DNA from: Malacoraja senta
Lineage: Eukaryota
Assembly: GCA_038087875.1 (NCBI GenBank)
Contig: JAXLNO010000407.1
Location: 1 to 36,893 of the forward strand
Direction of reading: 5' to 3'
DNA length: 36,893 bases
The notes beneath the pieces were generated by a model that was not told the origin of the DNA, made no database searches, and worked only from the letters and a program-made list of their open reading frames with translations. Below, in pieces: positions 1 to 11,920 of the stretch (the first letter of the stretch is position 1; each line of letters opens with the position of its first letter). Both the position numbers and the translations under genes were made by a program.

Positions 1-152
1 CAAACCACCATTTTTAGTATGTACTAGAAATGTATTACCTGCCTCCAAGTTGAAGGGGGAGGAGTGTTAGGAATGTGAAAATTAGCACATAATTAATCTT
101 GTGATGTCTTGTGCATGTGCGGGGAGACTCAAGGGGGCGTCCTGGAAAAAAA

Positions 153-157
<5 letters not shown>

Positions 158-227
<70 letters not shown>
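158..227. repeat. (GA)n microsatellite
   Basis: Pure GA run. Confidence 0.95.
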
Positions 228-230
<3 letters not shown>

Positions 231-231
<1 letters not shown>

Positions 232-746
232 CCTGGTTGAGAATGCATTATAGGCCCCACAAAGCTGGTCAAATTGCAGCAAGTATTCCCTCATGCCTGT
301 GTGATGCATTGGAGGCTTAAAAGCTCCTTGCCAGCCAGCCAGCCAGCACAGGGAAAAGGCCAAAAAATGGATTTTGCTGCGTGCCTGGCTGAGAATCTAT
401 TTTAGGCCCCACACGGCTGTCTGGAAAAATTGCAGAAAGCATTCCCTCATTCGGCCCATCTATGCTAGCACAGGAGGTGTCCCTTCTGCCAATCAGGCAT
501 GTACTCTGTCCCCACTGTTCTGTCCCCCCACACTGTTCTCTGTCCCCACACTAGCCCTCCCCAGCCACCACCCTCAGTGTGTGATGATCATAATAGTCAA
601 AGGTGACTGTACTCAAAACACCCCCCCTAAAAAATGTGCTTAAGTGTCCCCTTCGGCCAATCGAGCCCTGTACTAGCCCACGATGTGCCCCTAAGGCTCA
701 TCAGGCCTTTACTAGCCCTCAGGCCTCAATGTGTGATGATCATAAT
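231..746. repeat. Degenerate direct-repeat cluster
   Basis: gcctgg.tgagaat...ttccctcat at ~231-293 and ~383-450; gtgtccc..c.gccaatc...tgtact at ~477 and ~644; ctagccctc...gtgtgatgatcataat at ~551-594 and ~712-746. Confidence 0.6.
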
Positions 747-1033
747 AATCATAAGTCAAGTGTTTGATTTGATGAATTTATTTTTATTTCATTGCAAGAC
801 CCACCCACTTTAATACAACTTGGCTCCAGTTTCAGAACAAAATTCTTTGTTTTCCACAGCAGCATCAGCAGCAGCAGGCGCCTGGTCCTATATCCTCCTT
901 CATTGTTCACATCTGTAGAAAAGAAAAGAGGAAAAAAGTCAACATTTGTCTCTCTCTTGTATTTCCCCCAGTATGTACTCGCTCACCTCACCGCAGTGTT
1001 TCCCACAAAAAAGTGGGAAAAACAGCAAAAATG

Positions 1034-1318
1034 CTCTCTCTCTCTCCGTGTCTCCCTGTCTCTCCCACTCTCGCTACCTGTCTCTCTGTCTCCCTGTCTC
1101 TCTCTCTCTCTCTACCTGTCTCTCTCTCTGTCTGTCTGTCTCTCTGTCTGTCTCTCTGTCTCTCTCTCTGTCTCTCTCCGTCTCTCTGTCACCCTCTCTT
1201 CCTCCGTCTCTCTCTGTCTGTCTCTGTATCCCTCTATCTCTCTCTCTCTGTCTCTCTCTCTATGTCTCTGTGTTTCTCTGTCTCGCTCTGTCGGTCTCTC
1301 TTTCACTCTCTCTCTCCC

Positions 1319-1391
<73 letters not shown>

Positions 1392-1396
1392 TTATC

Positions 1397-1458
<62 letters not shown>

Positions 1459-1503
1459 TCTTTCTCTCTCTCTCTCTGTACCTATCCCTCTCTCTCTCTC
1501 TCT
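1034..1503. repeat. (CT)n / CTGT compound microsatellite
   Basis: Low-complexity run that produces the spurious SLSL/RERE ORFs. Confidence 0.95.
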
Positions 1504-2108
1504 GTATTGAGTCTAGAAGTTGGGAGGTCACATTGCAGTTGTATGAGACGTTGGTGAGGTTGCGTTTAGAGTATTGCGTTCAGTTCTGGGCACCGTGTTA
1601 CAGGAAAGATGTCATTGAGTTTGGAAAGGGCGCGGAGAAGATTTACTAGGATGTTGCCGGGACTCGAGGGGCCTGAGCTACAGGGAGAGGTTGGGGCAGG
1701 CTGGGACTCTATTCCTTGGAGCACAGGAGGATGAGGGGTGATCTTATAGATGTGTACAAAATCACCAGAGGAATAGATCGTGTAGACGCACAGAGTCTCT
1801 TGCCCAGAGTAGGGAAATCGAGGATCAGAAGACACGGGTTTAAGGTGAGAGAGGCGGGGGTGGGGAAATTTGAATAGGAATCTGAGGGGCAACTTTTTTA
1901 CACAGAGGGTGGTGGGTGTATGGAACGAGCTGCCGGAGGAGGTAGTTGAGGCTGGGACTATAACAACACTTGGACCGGTACATGGATAGGACAGGTTTGG
2001 AGGGATATGGGCCAAACGCGGGCAGCATGTGGGACTAGTGTAGATGGGGCATGTTGGCCGATGTGGGCAAGTTGGGCCAAAGGGCCTGTTTCCACACTTT
2101 ATCACTCC
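1504..2108 (+). mobile_element. CR1-type LINE 3' fragment
   Basis: [35 protein letters not shown]-terminal motif; 3' tail gggccaaagggcctgtttccacact; frameshifted. Confidence 0.9.
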
Positions 2109-2179
2109 GTCTCTCTGTTTCTCTCTCTCCGTCCCTCTGTCTCTCTGTCTGTCTGTCTGTCTCTCTCTCTGTCCCTCTG

Positions 2180-2217
<38 letters not shown>

Positions 2218-2496
2218 TGCTAGAGGGGATTTGGCCGAACGTAGACCCGATTCACACAATACCAACTGCGGGCTGGCAGGGGGGGAATGGGCTGAAGGGC
2301 CTGTTTTGGCCGGTCTGGGCTCCCCACATCCACGCAGTTGTCACGCAAGGTCGGCTTGGTGAGTTTGGGGGAGGGGTTTGGGGAAATGGTTTGGAAATGA
2401 GACAGAAATCTGCCTGAAGGGCTATATTAAGAGTGAATATAGTGTGAGTTATAAAATGCGGGGATCGGCCTGCAAGCGCCTGTGCATGTTCCCCCT

Positions 2497-2924
2497 GCTG
2501 CATTAAAGGGAATGCATGCATCACTGTCTGCATTAAAGGGAATGCATACATCACTGGCTGCATTAAAGGCAATGCATGCATCACTGGCTGCATTAAAAGG
2601 AATGCATGCATCACTGTCTGCATTAAAGGGAATGCATGCATCACTGGCTGCATTAAAGGGAATGCATGTATCACTGGCTGCATTAAAGAGAATGCATGCA
2701 TCACTGGCTGCATTAAAGAGAATGCATGCATCACTGGCTGCATTAAAGGGAATGCATGCATCACTGGCTGCATTAAAGGCAATGCATGCATCACTGGCTG
2801 CATTAAAGGCAATGCATGCATCACTAGCTGCATTAAAGGGAATGCATGCATCACTGGCTGCATTAAAGGGAACGCATGCATCACTGGCTGCATTAAAGGG
2901 AATGCATGCATCACTGGCTGCATT
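2497..2924. repeat. 30-bp minisatellite, ~14 copies (ctgcattaaagggaatgcatgcatcactgg)
   Basis: Exact 30-bp period; 10-aa repeats in three ORFs. Confidence 0.97.
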
Positions 2925-2961
2925 GCTGCCTCCCGCTGCATGACAGCGCATTGATCCTTAC

Positions 2962-3140
2962 CTGCTCTTCACAGCTGGATACCCGCACCACTTCCGGTCG
3001 GGTGGCGAACTTCTCGTCCACAAAGGCGCTTCCGGGGCAAGGGGGGACGCTTTAGATCGGCGCACCGGCGCTGGCAAAGTGGGACGGCGGGTCTCAGGCG
3101 TCCGGGTGGAAGGCGAAACACCGCAGTTTTGGTTCCGGGT
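2962..3140 (-). promoter_or_regulatory. CpG-rich putative TSS / non-coding first exon
   Basis: ETS motifs CCGGAAG at 2990-2997 and 3028-3035; consensus donor CAG|GTAAGG at 2962/2961; no ATG seen. Confidence 0.5.
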
Positions 3141-3174
3141 GTTTTGTTGTTGTTTTTTGGGACATTTAGGGTGG

Positions 3175-4010
3175 AATGGAGAGAACAAAGGAGGGGGGGG
3201 TGAAGGGATGGAGAGAACAAAGGAGGGGGGGATGAAGGGATGGAGAGAACAAAGGAGGGGGGGATGAAGGGATGGAGAGAACAAAGGAGGGGGGGATGAA
3301 GGGATGGAGAGAACAAAGGAGGGGGGGATGGAGAGAACAAAGGAGGGGGGGATGAAGGGATGGAGAGAACAAAGGAGGGGGATGAAGGGATGGAGAGAAC
3401 AAAGGAGGGGGTGGATGAAGGGATGGAGAGAACAAAGGAGGGGGGATGAAGAGAACAAAGGAGGGGGGGATGAAGGGATGGAGAGAACAAAGGAGGGGGG
3501 ATGAAGGGATGGAGAGAACAAAGGAGGGGGGATGAAGAGAACAAAGGAGGGGGGGATGAAGGGATGGAGAGAACAAAGGAGGGGGGGATGAAGGGATGGA
3601 GAGAACAAAGGAGGGGGGGGGATGAAGGGATGGAGAGAACAAAGGAGGGGGGGATGAAGGGATGGAGAGAACAAAGGAGGGGGGATGAAGGGATGGAGAG
3701 AACAAAGGAGGGGGGGATGAAGGGATGGAGAGAACAAAGGAGGGGGGGGATGAAGGGATGAAGAGAACAAAGGAGGGGGGGATGAAGGGATGGAGAGAAC
3801 AAAGGAGGGGGGGATGAAGAGATGGAGAGAACAAAGGAGGGGGGATGAAGGGATGGAGAGAACAAAGGAGGGGGATGAAGAGAACAAAGGAGGGGGGGGG
3901 GTGAAGGGATGGAGAGAACAAAGGAGGGGGGGATGGAGGGATGGAGAGAACAAAGGAGGGGGGGGAAGAAGGGATGGAGAGAACAAAGGGGGGGGATGAA
4001 GGATTGGAGA
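3175..4010. repeat. Purine-rich ~32-bp minisatellite (gatgaagggatggagagaacaaaggag(g)n)
   Basis: About 25+ copies with variable G-run length. Confidence 0.95.
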
Positions 4011-4167
4011 GAGGGAGAGGGGAGGGAGAGAGAGAGAGAGAGAGAGAGGGGGAGAGAGAGAGAGAGGGGAGAGAGGGGGGAGAGAGAGGGATGAGGGAGA
4101 TAGAGAGAGAAGCAGGGAGAGAGAGAGAGAGGGAGAGAGAAGTATCCACCACTCCCTCTCTCTCTGG

Positions 4168-4572
4168 TCGTCACGGTGACCCAGCGGTAGAGTTGCCACC
4201 TCACGGCGCCAGAGACCCCGGTTCCATCCCGACCACGGGTGCTGTCTGTGCGGTGTTTGCACGTTCTCTCCCCGTGACCTGCGTGGGTTTTCTCCGGGCG
4301 CTCTGGTTTCCTATCACACTCCAAAGATGTGCGGGTTTGTAGGTTAATTGGCTTCTGGTAAAGATTGTAAATTGTCCCCCTGTGTGTGTGTGTGTGTAGG
4401 ATAGTGTTAATGTGCGGGGATCGCTGGTCGGCACGGACTCGGTGGGCCGAAGGGCCTGTTTCCGTACTGTATCTCCAAACTAAACTAGTGTGTGAATGGA
4501 CTATCGCTGGTCGGCACGGACTCGGTGGGGCCGAAGGGCCTGTTTCCGTGCTGTATCTCTAAACTAAACTAG
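4168..4572 (+). mobile_element. tRNA-derived V-SINE (HE1-like) with duplicated CR1-type tail
   Basis: tRNA-like head; V-domain gtttgcacgttctctcccgtgacctgcgtgggttttctccggg; tail gggccgaagggcctgtttcc...taaac present twice. Confidence 0.85.
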
Positions 4573-4675
4573 AATAAACTGGTTGAAGAACATATTTCAA
4601 ACATCGAGTTGTCCACAAAGTGTAAAAGATGTTTTCATTTTATTTGGAAAGACCACTAAAGAAAACAGAGAAAGA

Positions 4676-4860
4676 GTAGAGTATAGGAGCAAAGAGGTCC
4701 TTCTGCAGTTGTACAGGGCCCTGGTGAGACCACACCTGGAGTATTGTGTGCAGTTTTGGCCCTGTTGGCCTTTATAACAAGAGGAGTTGAGTCTAGGAGC
4801 AAAGACGTCCTTCTGCAGTTGTACAGAGCCCTGGTGAGACCACACCTAGGGTATTGTGTG
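4676..4860 (+). mobile_element. Two short tandem CR1 fragments
   Basis: [32 protein letters not shown] segment repeated. Confidence 0.8.
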
Positions 4861-5099
4861 CCCGCACACACACACGCCCTCCACACACGCACGCACGAAC
4901 GCCACCACTCTGAAGTTAACTAACGATTGAGTTTAATAGGTGGTGGACACAAATGCTTGAGAAACTGAGCGGGTGAGGCAGCATCTATGGAGCGAAGGAA
5001 ATAGGCAACGTTTCGGGTCGAGACCCTTCCTCAGATGCTGGGGACAAACTTGCAAATCTGCTCCGAAAGTGAAGACTGCAATTCCTTTAAAATGCATTC

Positions 5100-5128
5100 C
5101 TCTCTCTCTCCCCTCTCCTCTCTATTTT

Positions 5129-5164
<36 letters not shown>

Positions 5165-5527
5165 CTCTCCTCACCTCACCCTCCCTCTCTCTCACACCAT
5201 CTCCTCTATCTTTTCCTCTCCCTCTCTCCATTCTCTCCCTCTCTCCCCTCTCCTCCATCTCTCCTTCCCTCCCACCCACCTTCCCCCTCTCTTTCACTCA
5301 AATCCTCATTTTTCACTCAAATCATTTTCCACTCAATTTTCACTTTCCCTCTCTCCCTGCCCCACCTTCCGTCCTCCCTCCCGCAGCCCACACTCCTCCC
5401 TCTCCCTCCCTCTCTCCCACTCTCTCTTTCCCCCCTCTATCTCCCTCCCCTCTTTCTGTCTCTCTCCCCTCCCCTCCACTGCCCTCTAGCTTTCCCTCTC
5501 CCTCTCACCCCTATATCTTTCCCTCTC

Positions 5528-5586
<59 letters not shown>

Positions 5587-5718
5587 CCCCTCTCTTTCAC
5601 TCAATTCTTCATTTCTCCCTCTCTCTCTCTCTCCCTCCCTCCCCTCACCTCCCCTCCCTCCCTCCCCCAGCCTACACTCCTCCATCTCTCCCTCTCTCTC
5701 TCCTTCTCCCTCTCTCTC
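5100..5718. repeat. Pyrimidine-rich low-complexity tract
   Basis: CT/CCT runs. Confidence 0.9.
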
Positions 5719-5729
5719 ATTCCTGTCTG

Positions 5730-5935
5730 CAACGCGGACCAGAGAGAGACAAGGGGGCGGGTTCCCCCTCCCTCTGACTGACGTCCCTCTCCTCCAATCA
5801 CCCGCCGCTTCCGGCCATCTGCAAGTCCCGCCCCACCGCCCGGTTGAGCGACGTCTCTCTCCGCCAATGGGGACGTCCGATCAGTCAGAGGGCCGGATGT
5901 CCCGCCCCCGCCGTCCCCTCTATGACGTCACCGTT
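5730..5935. promoter_or_regulatory. Housekeeping-type CpG promoter motif cluster
   Basis: GC boxes (5754-5760, 5827-5834, 5901-5908), CCAAT (5794, 5864), ETS cttccgg (~5808) abutting YY1-like gccatct, full CRE TGACGTCA 5923-5930. Confidence 0.55.
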
Positions 5936-6109
5936 GCATTTCACATCTGAGGGGTTTTGCAAGATTATTGCAATGAATTTAATGCATTTCACATCCCGGG
6001 GGGGGGGTTGCAATATCACTAATGCACCACATTTGCTGCATTTAACATTGCAGGAGGGTGCAAAGTTATTCCAACACGATGCATTTGTTGCATTTAACAT
6101 TAGAGCTGT

Positions 6110-6238
6110 TTCACCCGATCTGAACCCAATGGAACGTGTCTTTTATACGCTGAAGAGAAAAGTGAAGGGGACTAGGCCCCAAAACAAGCATCAGCTTAAA
6201 GATGGCTGCAATGCAGGCCTGGCCAGAGAAGACACACA
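6110..6238 (+). mobile_element. Tc1/mariner transposase C-terminal fragment
   Basis: SPDLNPMERVFYTLKRKVKG resembles the Tc1 SPDLNPIE motif. Confidence 0.8.
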
Positions 6239-7428
6239 GAGATTTCCCCTTCGTAAATCCACGCTGACTCGGACCGATCCTGTTACTGCTATCCAAATGT
6301 GCGGCTATCTCATCTTTTATAATTGACTCCAGCAACTTCCCCACCACTGATGTCAGGCTAACTGGTCTATAATTCCCTGTTTTCTCTCTCCCGCATTTCT
6401 TAGAAAGTGGGATAACATTAGCTACCCTCAAATCCACAGGAACTGATCCTGAGTCTATAGAACATAGGAAAATTATCACCAATGCAACCACGATTTCTAG
6501 AGCCACTTCCTTAAGTACCCTGGGATGCAGACCATTAGACCCTGGGGATTTATCAGCCTTCAGTCCCATCAGTCTATCCAACACAATTTCCTGCCTAATG
6601 TGGATTTCCTTCAGTTCCTCCATCACCCTAGATCCTCTGGCCACTACTATATCAGGAAGATTGTTTGTGTCCTCCTTAGTGAAGACAGATCCAAATTACC
6701 TGTTCAACTCATCTGCCATTTCCTTGTTCCCCATAATAAATTCAACTTTTTCGGTCTTCAAGGGTCCAACTTTGGTCTTAACTAATTTTTTCCTCTTCAC
6801 GTATCTAAAGAAGCTTTTACTATCCTGCTTTATATTCTTGGCTAGCTTACCTTCGTACCTCATCTTTTCTCCCCGTATTGTCTTTTTGGTTATCTTCTGT
6901 TGTTCTTTAAACATTACCCAATCCTCTTGCTGCCCGCTCATCTTTGCTACGTTGTACTTCTTTTCTTTAATTTTTATACTGCCCCTGCCGTCCCTTGTCA
7001 GCCACGGTCGTCCCTTTCTCCCCTTGGAATCTTTCTTCCTCCTAGGAATGAACTGATCCTGCACCTTCTGTATTATTCCTAGAAACACCTGCCATTTTTG
7101 TTCCACTGTCATCCCTGCTGGTGTATCTTTCCAGTCAACTTTGGCTAGCTCTTCCCTCATGGCCCCATAGTCCCCTTTATTCAACTGCAACACTGACACC
7201 TCCGATCTACTCTTCTCCCTCTCCTATTGTAGATTAAACTTTTTTATATTTTTTTATTTATTAGAAGTACATTACATTACAACCACATACATTAGTACTC
7301 GTCACTTATATTGTAGATTAAACCTGACCATGTTATGATCACAGCCTCCGAATGGTTCATTAACCTCGAGGTCCTTTATCAAATCCGGTTCATTACATAA
7401 CACTAAATCCAGAATTGCCTTCTCCCTG
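6239..7428 (-). mobile_element. CR1 LINE ORF2 internal fragment (degenerate)
   Basis: KSPGSNGLHPRVLKE, NYRPVSLTSVVGKLLE, Q.GFTKGKS; split ORFs 6696-7199 and 6111-6644. Confidence 0.92.
7240..7308 (-). mobile_element. 69-bp poly(A)-tailed retro-insertion with 15-bp TSD, inside the CR1
   Basis: tattgtagattaaac at 7225-7239 and 7309-7323; T-rich left end. Confidence 0.8.
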
Positions 7429-7460
7429 AGAAAGGAGGAGGGAGAGAAATTCTAATTCCC

Positions 7461-7668
7461 GGCCTAGTGCTTAGGCTTTGTGCCCGTCTTGAGTTTCTGG
7501 CCTCAAAAGCCTGGTTCTCGGCCTGGTTATTAAGCTTTGAGCCTGTGTCTAGATTTGTAGGCCTCAAAGCCTCGTTCCTGGCCTAGTTATTATGCTTTGA
7601 GCCTGTGTCTTGAGTTTCTGGCCTCAGAAGACTGGTTCTTCGCCTAGTTGTTAGGCTCGGAGCCTGGG
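7461..7668. repeat. ~60-bp degenerate tandem repeat, ~3.5 copies
   Basis: ggcctagt..tta.gctttgagcctgtgtcttgagtttctggcctca recurs at ~60-bp spacing. Confidence 0.75.
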
Positions 7669-7794
7669 CCTGGATAAGCAGGCATCTCCCCCACGGCAGG
7701 GCAAGTGCATGGCCAGTTCAAAGGCCCGGGTAAAGGAGAGGTGGGGGGGGGGAGAGAGGGGAGGAGAGGAGAGGAGAAGGGAGGGGAGGAGAGG

Positions 7795-8762
7795 ATAGAT
7801 AGATATGCCTTTATTGTCATTCAGACCGAAGTCTGGACGAAATTGCAGCAGTCATACATATAATACAATAAAAACAACAATAAACACATATTAACATCCA
7901 CCACAGTGAGTCCAACCAGCATCTCCTCACTGTGATGGAGGCAAAAGTCTTAGGTCTGCAGTCTCTTCCTTCCTCTTCTCCCTCTGCGCTGAGGCGATAC
8001 CCCGCGGGCGATGTTATAAATCAGTCCCGCGGCTCAAACACCGCGGCCCGGGGTGGTCGAAGCTGCCACCCACCAGTCCTGCAGACGCAGCCGCTGGCCC
8101 GCGGCCGAACCTCGGACTCAGGCCACCACCGACAGAACACCGTCCCAGCCACCCTCACGTGAGTACCGTGCCGTCTTCAGCCTCGGGCTGGGCCGCCCCG
8201 ACATGGGCGCCGAACCTCCCCCGAGCCGGGCCGCCCCGACATGGGCGCCGCTTCTCCCACCGGCCGGGCCGCCCCGACTTGGGCGTCGCTTCTCCCTCCG
8301 GCCGGGCCGCCCCGACATGAGCGCCGAACCCCCCTCGGGCTGCGAGCGCCACACCCCCCCGAGCTCGGCCGCTCCAACTGGAGCCTCGTTCGACCCTTGG
8401 GCCGCCCGCCCTCACGAGAGCGCTGTCCACAACCTCTCACGGGAGCACTGTTCCAGCCCTGAGCCGGACCACCTTCACGGGAGCGAGCTCAGGGCGAGTC
8501 CAGACCGGCTCTGCCTCCGGAGCCTCGAGGTCATCAGCTCCATTAGGCCTCAGCGCAGACGGAGGCAGAGAAGGGGTATACGACAAAAAAGTCGCATTCC
8601 CACGCAGGGAGAGACGGCAAACCCCGTTTCAACCCCCACCCCCCCCCCAAAACACAAACTAAAAACCCCAAACTAGACTAACCAAAACAAAATAAACAAC
8701 ACAAAAAACACAAACAAACGGGACTGCCGATGAGCCGCTGCAGCCAGAGCCGCGCCGCTACT
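7795..8762 (-). mobile_element. Non-coding GC-rich non-autonomous retroelement with Rex1-type tail
   Basis: Minus-strand end atttcgtccagacttcggtctgaatgacaataaa + (atct)n; internal ~39-bp repeats gggccgccccgacatgggcgcc (8190-8325). Confidence 0.6.
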
Positions 8763-8769
8763 AACACAA

Positions 8770-8960
8770 TCTGGCTTCCTCTGGTATCCTTCCAAATCCC
8801 AAAGGCGTATGGGTTTGTAGGTTAATCGGCCTCTAGAGATAGCCCCAGGGAGTGAATGGGAAAGTGGGATAGCATAGAACTATAGTGTGAACGGGTGATC
8901 TATGGTCAGTATTGGCTGTGGGCCGAAGGGCCCATTTCCATCCTGTATCACTGAGCTAAA
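8770..8960 (+). mobile_element. V-SINE 3' fragment
   Basis: tttgtaggttaat...gggccgaagggcc tail, similar to the 4168-4572 copy. Confidence 0.7.
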
Positions 8961-9055
8961 CCATTAAGTGGTATCGTTCGAATCTACAACTAGTCTCGGA
9001 ATGTTAAATCCCTGCACAGAAGTCGTGGCACTACTGTGGTCAAGGGAAAACCAGA

Positions 9056-10190
<1,135 letters not shown>

Positions 10191-11440
10191 CCAATGTTAG
10201 CAGAAACCTGTGGAGATTTTATTGCCAACTGGATGAGTTATACATGTCATTTGGCACCTAACTCTGAGAGAGAACATGTGCGTATTGAAGTGCTCGAGAT
10301 AAGAGATCCTGATAATCTCACTCACTTGGGAAGGCAGATTCCACATCAACCTAACCTTTGATTTTGCAGCAAAAGAACAACAGAGTGCTGGAGTAACTCA
10401 ACGGGCCAGACAGCATCGCTGGAGAACATTGACTTATTTCCAGTTTGCATTTTTTGCGGATTGTTTACATAGACATTTAGCACCAAGAGGAAAGGCAGGC
10501 AGCAACGGTTCAGTCTAGAGGAGGACTAATAATATTGTGCTTTCAAGACTGAAGGAAGTACAAGCCCATGTTTAAATAAAAGCGCGCTGAAGTAATTCAG
10601 CGGGTCAGGCAACATCTCTGATGACAAATAGGCAGCATTTAGGTTCGAGACTTCTTCAGGCCTGTTCATAAATTATAGGAGCAGAATTAGGCCATTCGGC
10701 CCATCAAGTGTACTCCACCATTCGATCATGGCTGATCTATCTCTCCCTCTCAATCCCATTCTCCCCCCATCTCCCCATAACACCAGTACTGATCAAGAAT
10801 CTGTCAATCTCCGCCTTTAAAATATACGTTGGAGTATAGATTAATTTAGAAGCAAGGAACTACAAATGCTGGTTTACAAAAAAAAAGACACAAAGTGCTG
10901 GAGTAGCTCAGCAGGTCAGTTACCACCTCTGGAGAACATGGAGGTCACGTTTTGGGTCGAGACCTGAAATGTTGCATTGGTTTGTTCTGGAAAAGCCCAG
11001 ATTCTAAATGAACATCCAGCAAGTCTAGGTGTACCTTGAAAATAGCTCCACTCTCAGTTGAAAGTAGGAACAGCATTCTAGTAATGTTAAGATAAACTGG
11101 AAATGTTGGCACGTGAAGTTTAAAGACAACTTGGAACTAAAGACAGCTAATGGTGGATTAAATGAGGCAATTTTGCCATTACTTGTGCAAACCCATTACT
11201 ATGCCCATGGCAAAAGTTTTCAAAGCAAAAAGAAAATAAAACTAATTAACTGTGTTATATCGGGGTTTTTTCCAATGTGCCCATAACCGTTTTTACTTCA
11301 GGTTATTAATGTTATTATTATTATTAATGATCGTGTTATTAATTTGGTGTTCTGGCCATTTAGCTGCTGTAGTATCAACTTCAACATTAGTCGTGACACA
11401 GTGGCACAGCAGTAGAGTTGCTGGAGGAAATGGATTACAG

Positions 11441-11553
11441 AGGTCATGGGGAGAACGTACAAACTCCGCACAGACAGCACCCGTAGTCAGGATCGAACCC
11501 GGGACTCTTGCACTATAAGGCAGCAACTCTACCGCTGTGCCACCGTGCTGCCC
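11441..11553 (-). mobile_element. V-SINE 5' fragment
   Basis: Reverse complement of tRNA-like head with B box ggttcgatcc. Confidence 0.8.
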
Positions 11554-11920
11554 ATTTAAAGGCCTCTAAAACGCCACTTATCTGCCTTCACCACCAGCTC
11601 TGGCAGTGCTTTCCAGGCACCCACAAACTTGTGTCTAAAAAAAGCTAGCTCTGAACATCTTTAAATTATGCCCTTCTCTCCTTAAAGCTACGTCCTGTGG
11701 TCTTTGACATTTCCACACTGAGTAAAGGTGGCTAAAATATTTTGATTCAAAAGGTGACAGTGATTTCCTGCTATTGCGATAGATATCAGATTGTACATTT
11801 ACACACTTCCAGCTTAAGGAAGCTTTTATATTTATAATATAGAACATGCCGAACAGTGCAGGACAAGAACAGACCCTTCGGCCCACAATGTCCATGCCAA
11901 ACACGATAGCAAGTCCATTA

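Noticed and set aside
575..775. TGATGA motifs suggesting C/D snoRNAs
   Set aside because: No suitably placed CTGA D box or terminal stem; part of the local repeat
792..1649. 285-aa ORF and overlapping SLSL/RERE ORFs
   Set aside because: CT microsatellite running into a CR1 fragment; not a gene
2252..2951. 10-aa repeat proteins / CRISPR-like appearance
   Set aside because: Head-to-tail 30-bp minisatellite with no spacers and no cas genes, in a eukaryotic context
4168..4250. tRNA-like sequence
   Set aside because: SINE head followed by V-domain and LINE tail; not a tRNA gene
2958..4324. 434-451-aa Pro/Ser/Leu-rich ORFs
   Set aside because: Product of a stop-free purine minisatellite
10200..10365. 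Short open frame ETCGDFIANWMSYTCHL...
   Set aside because: No recognisable homology or convincing splice pair; not TADA1 exon 7 or 8
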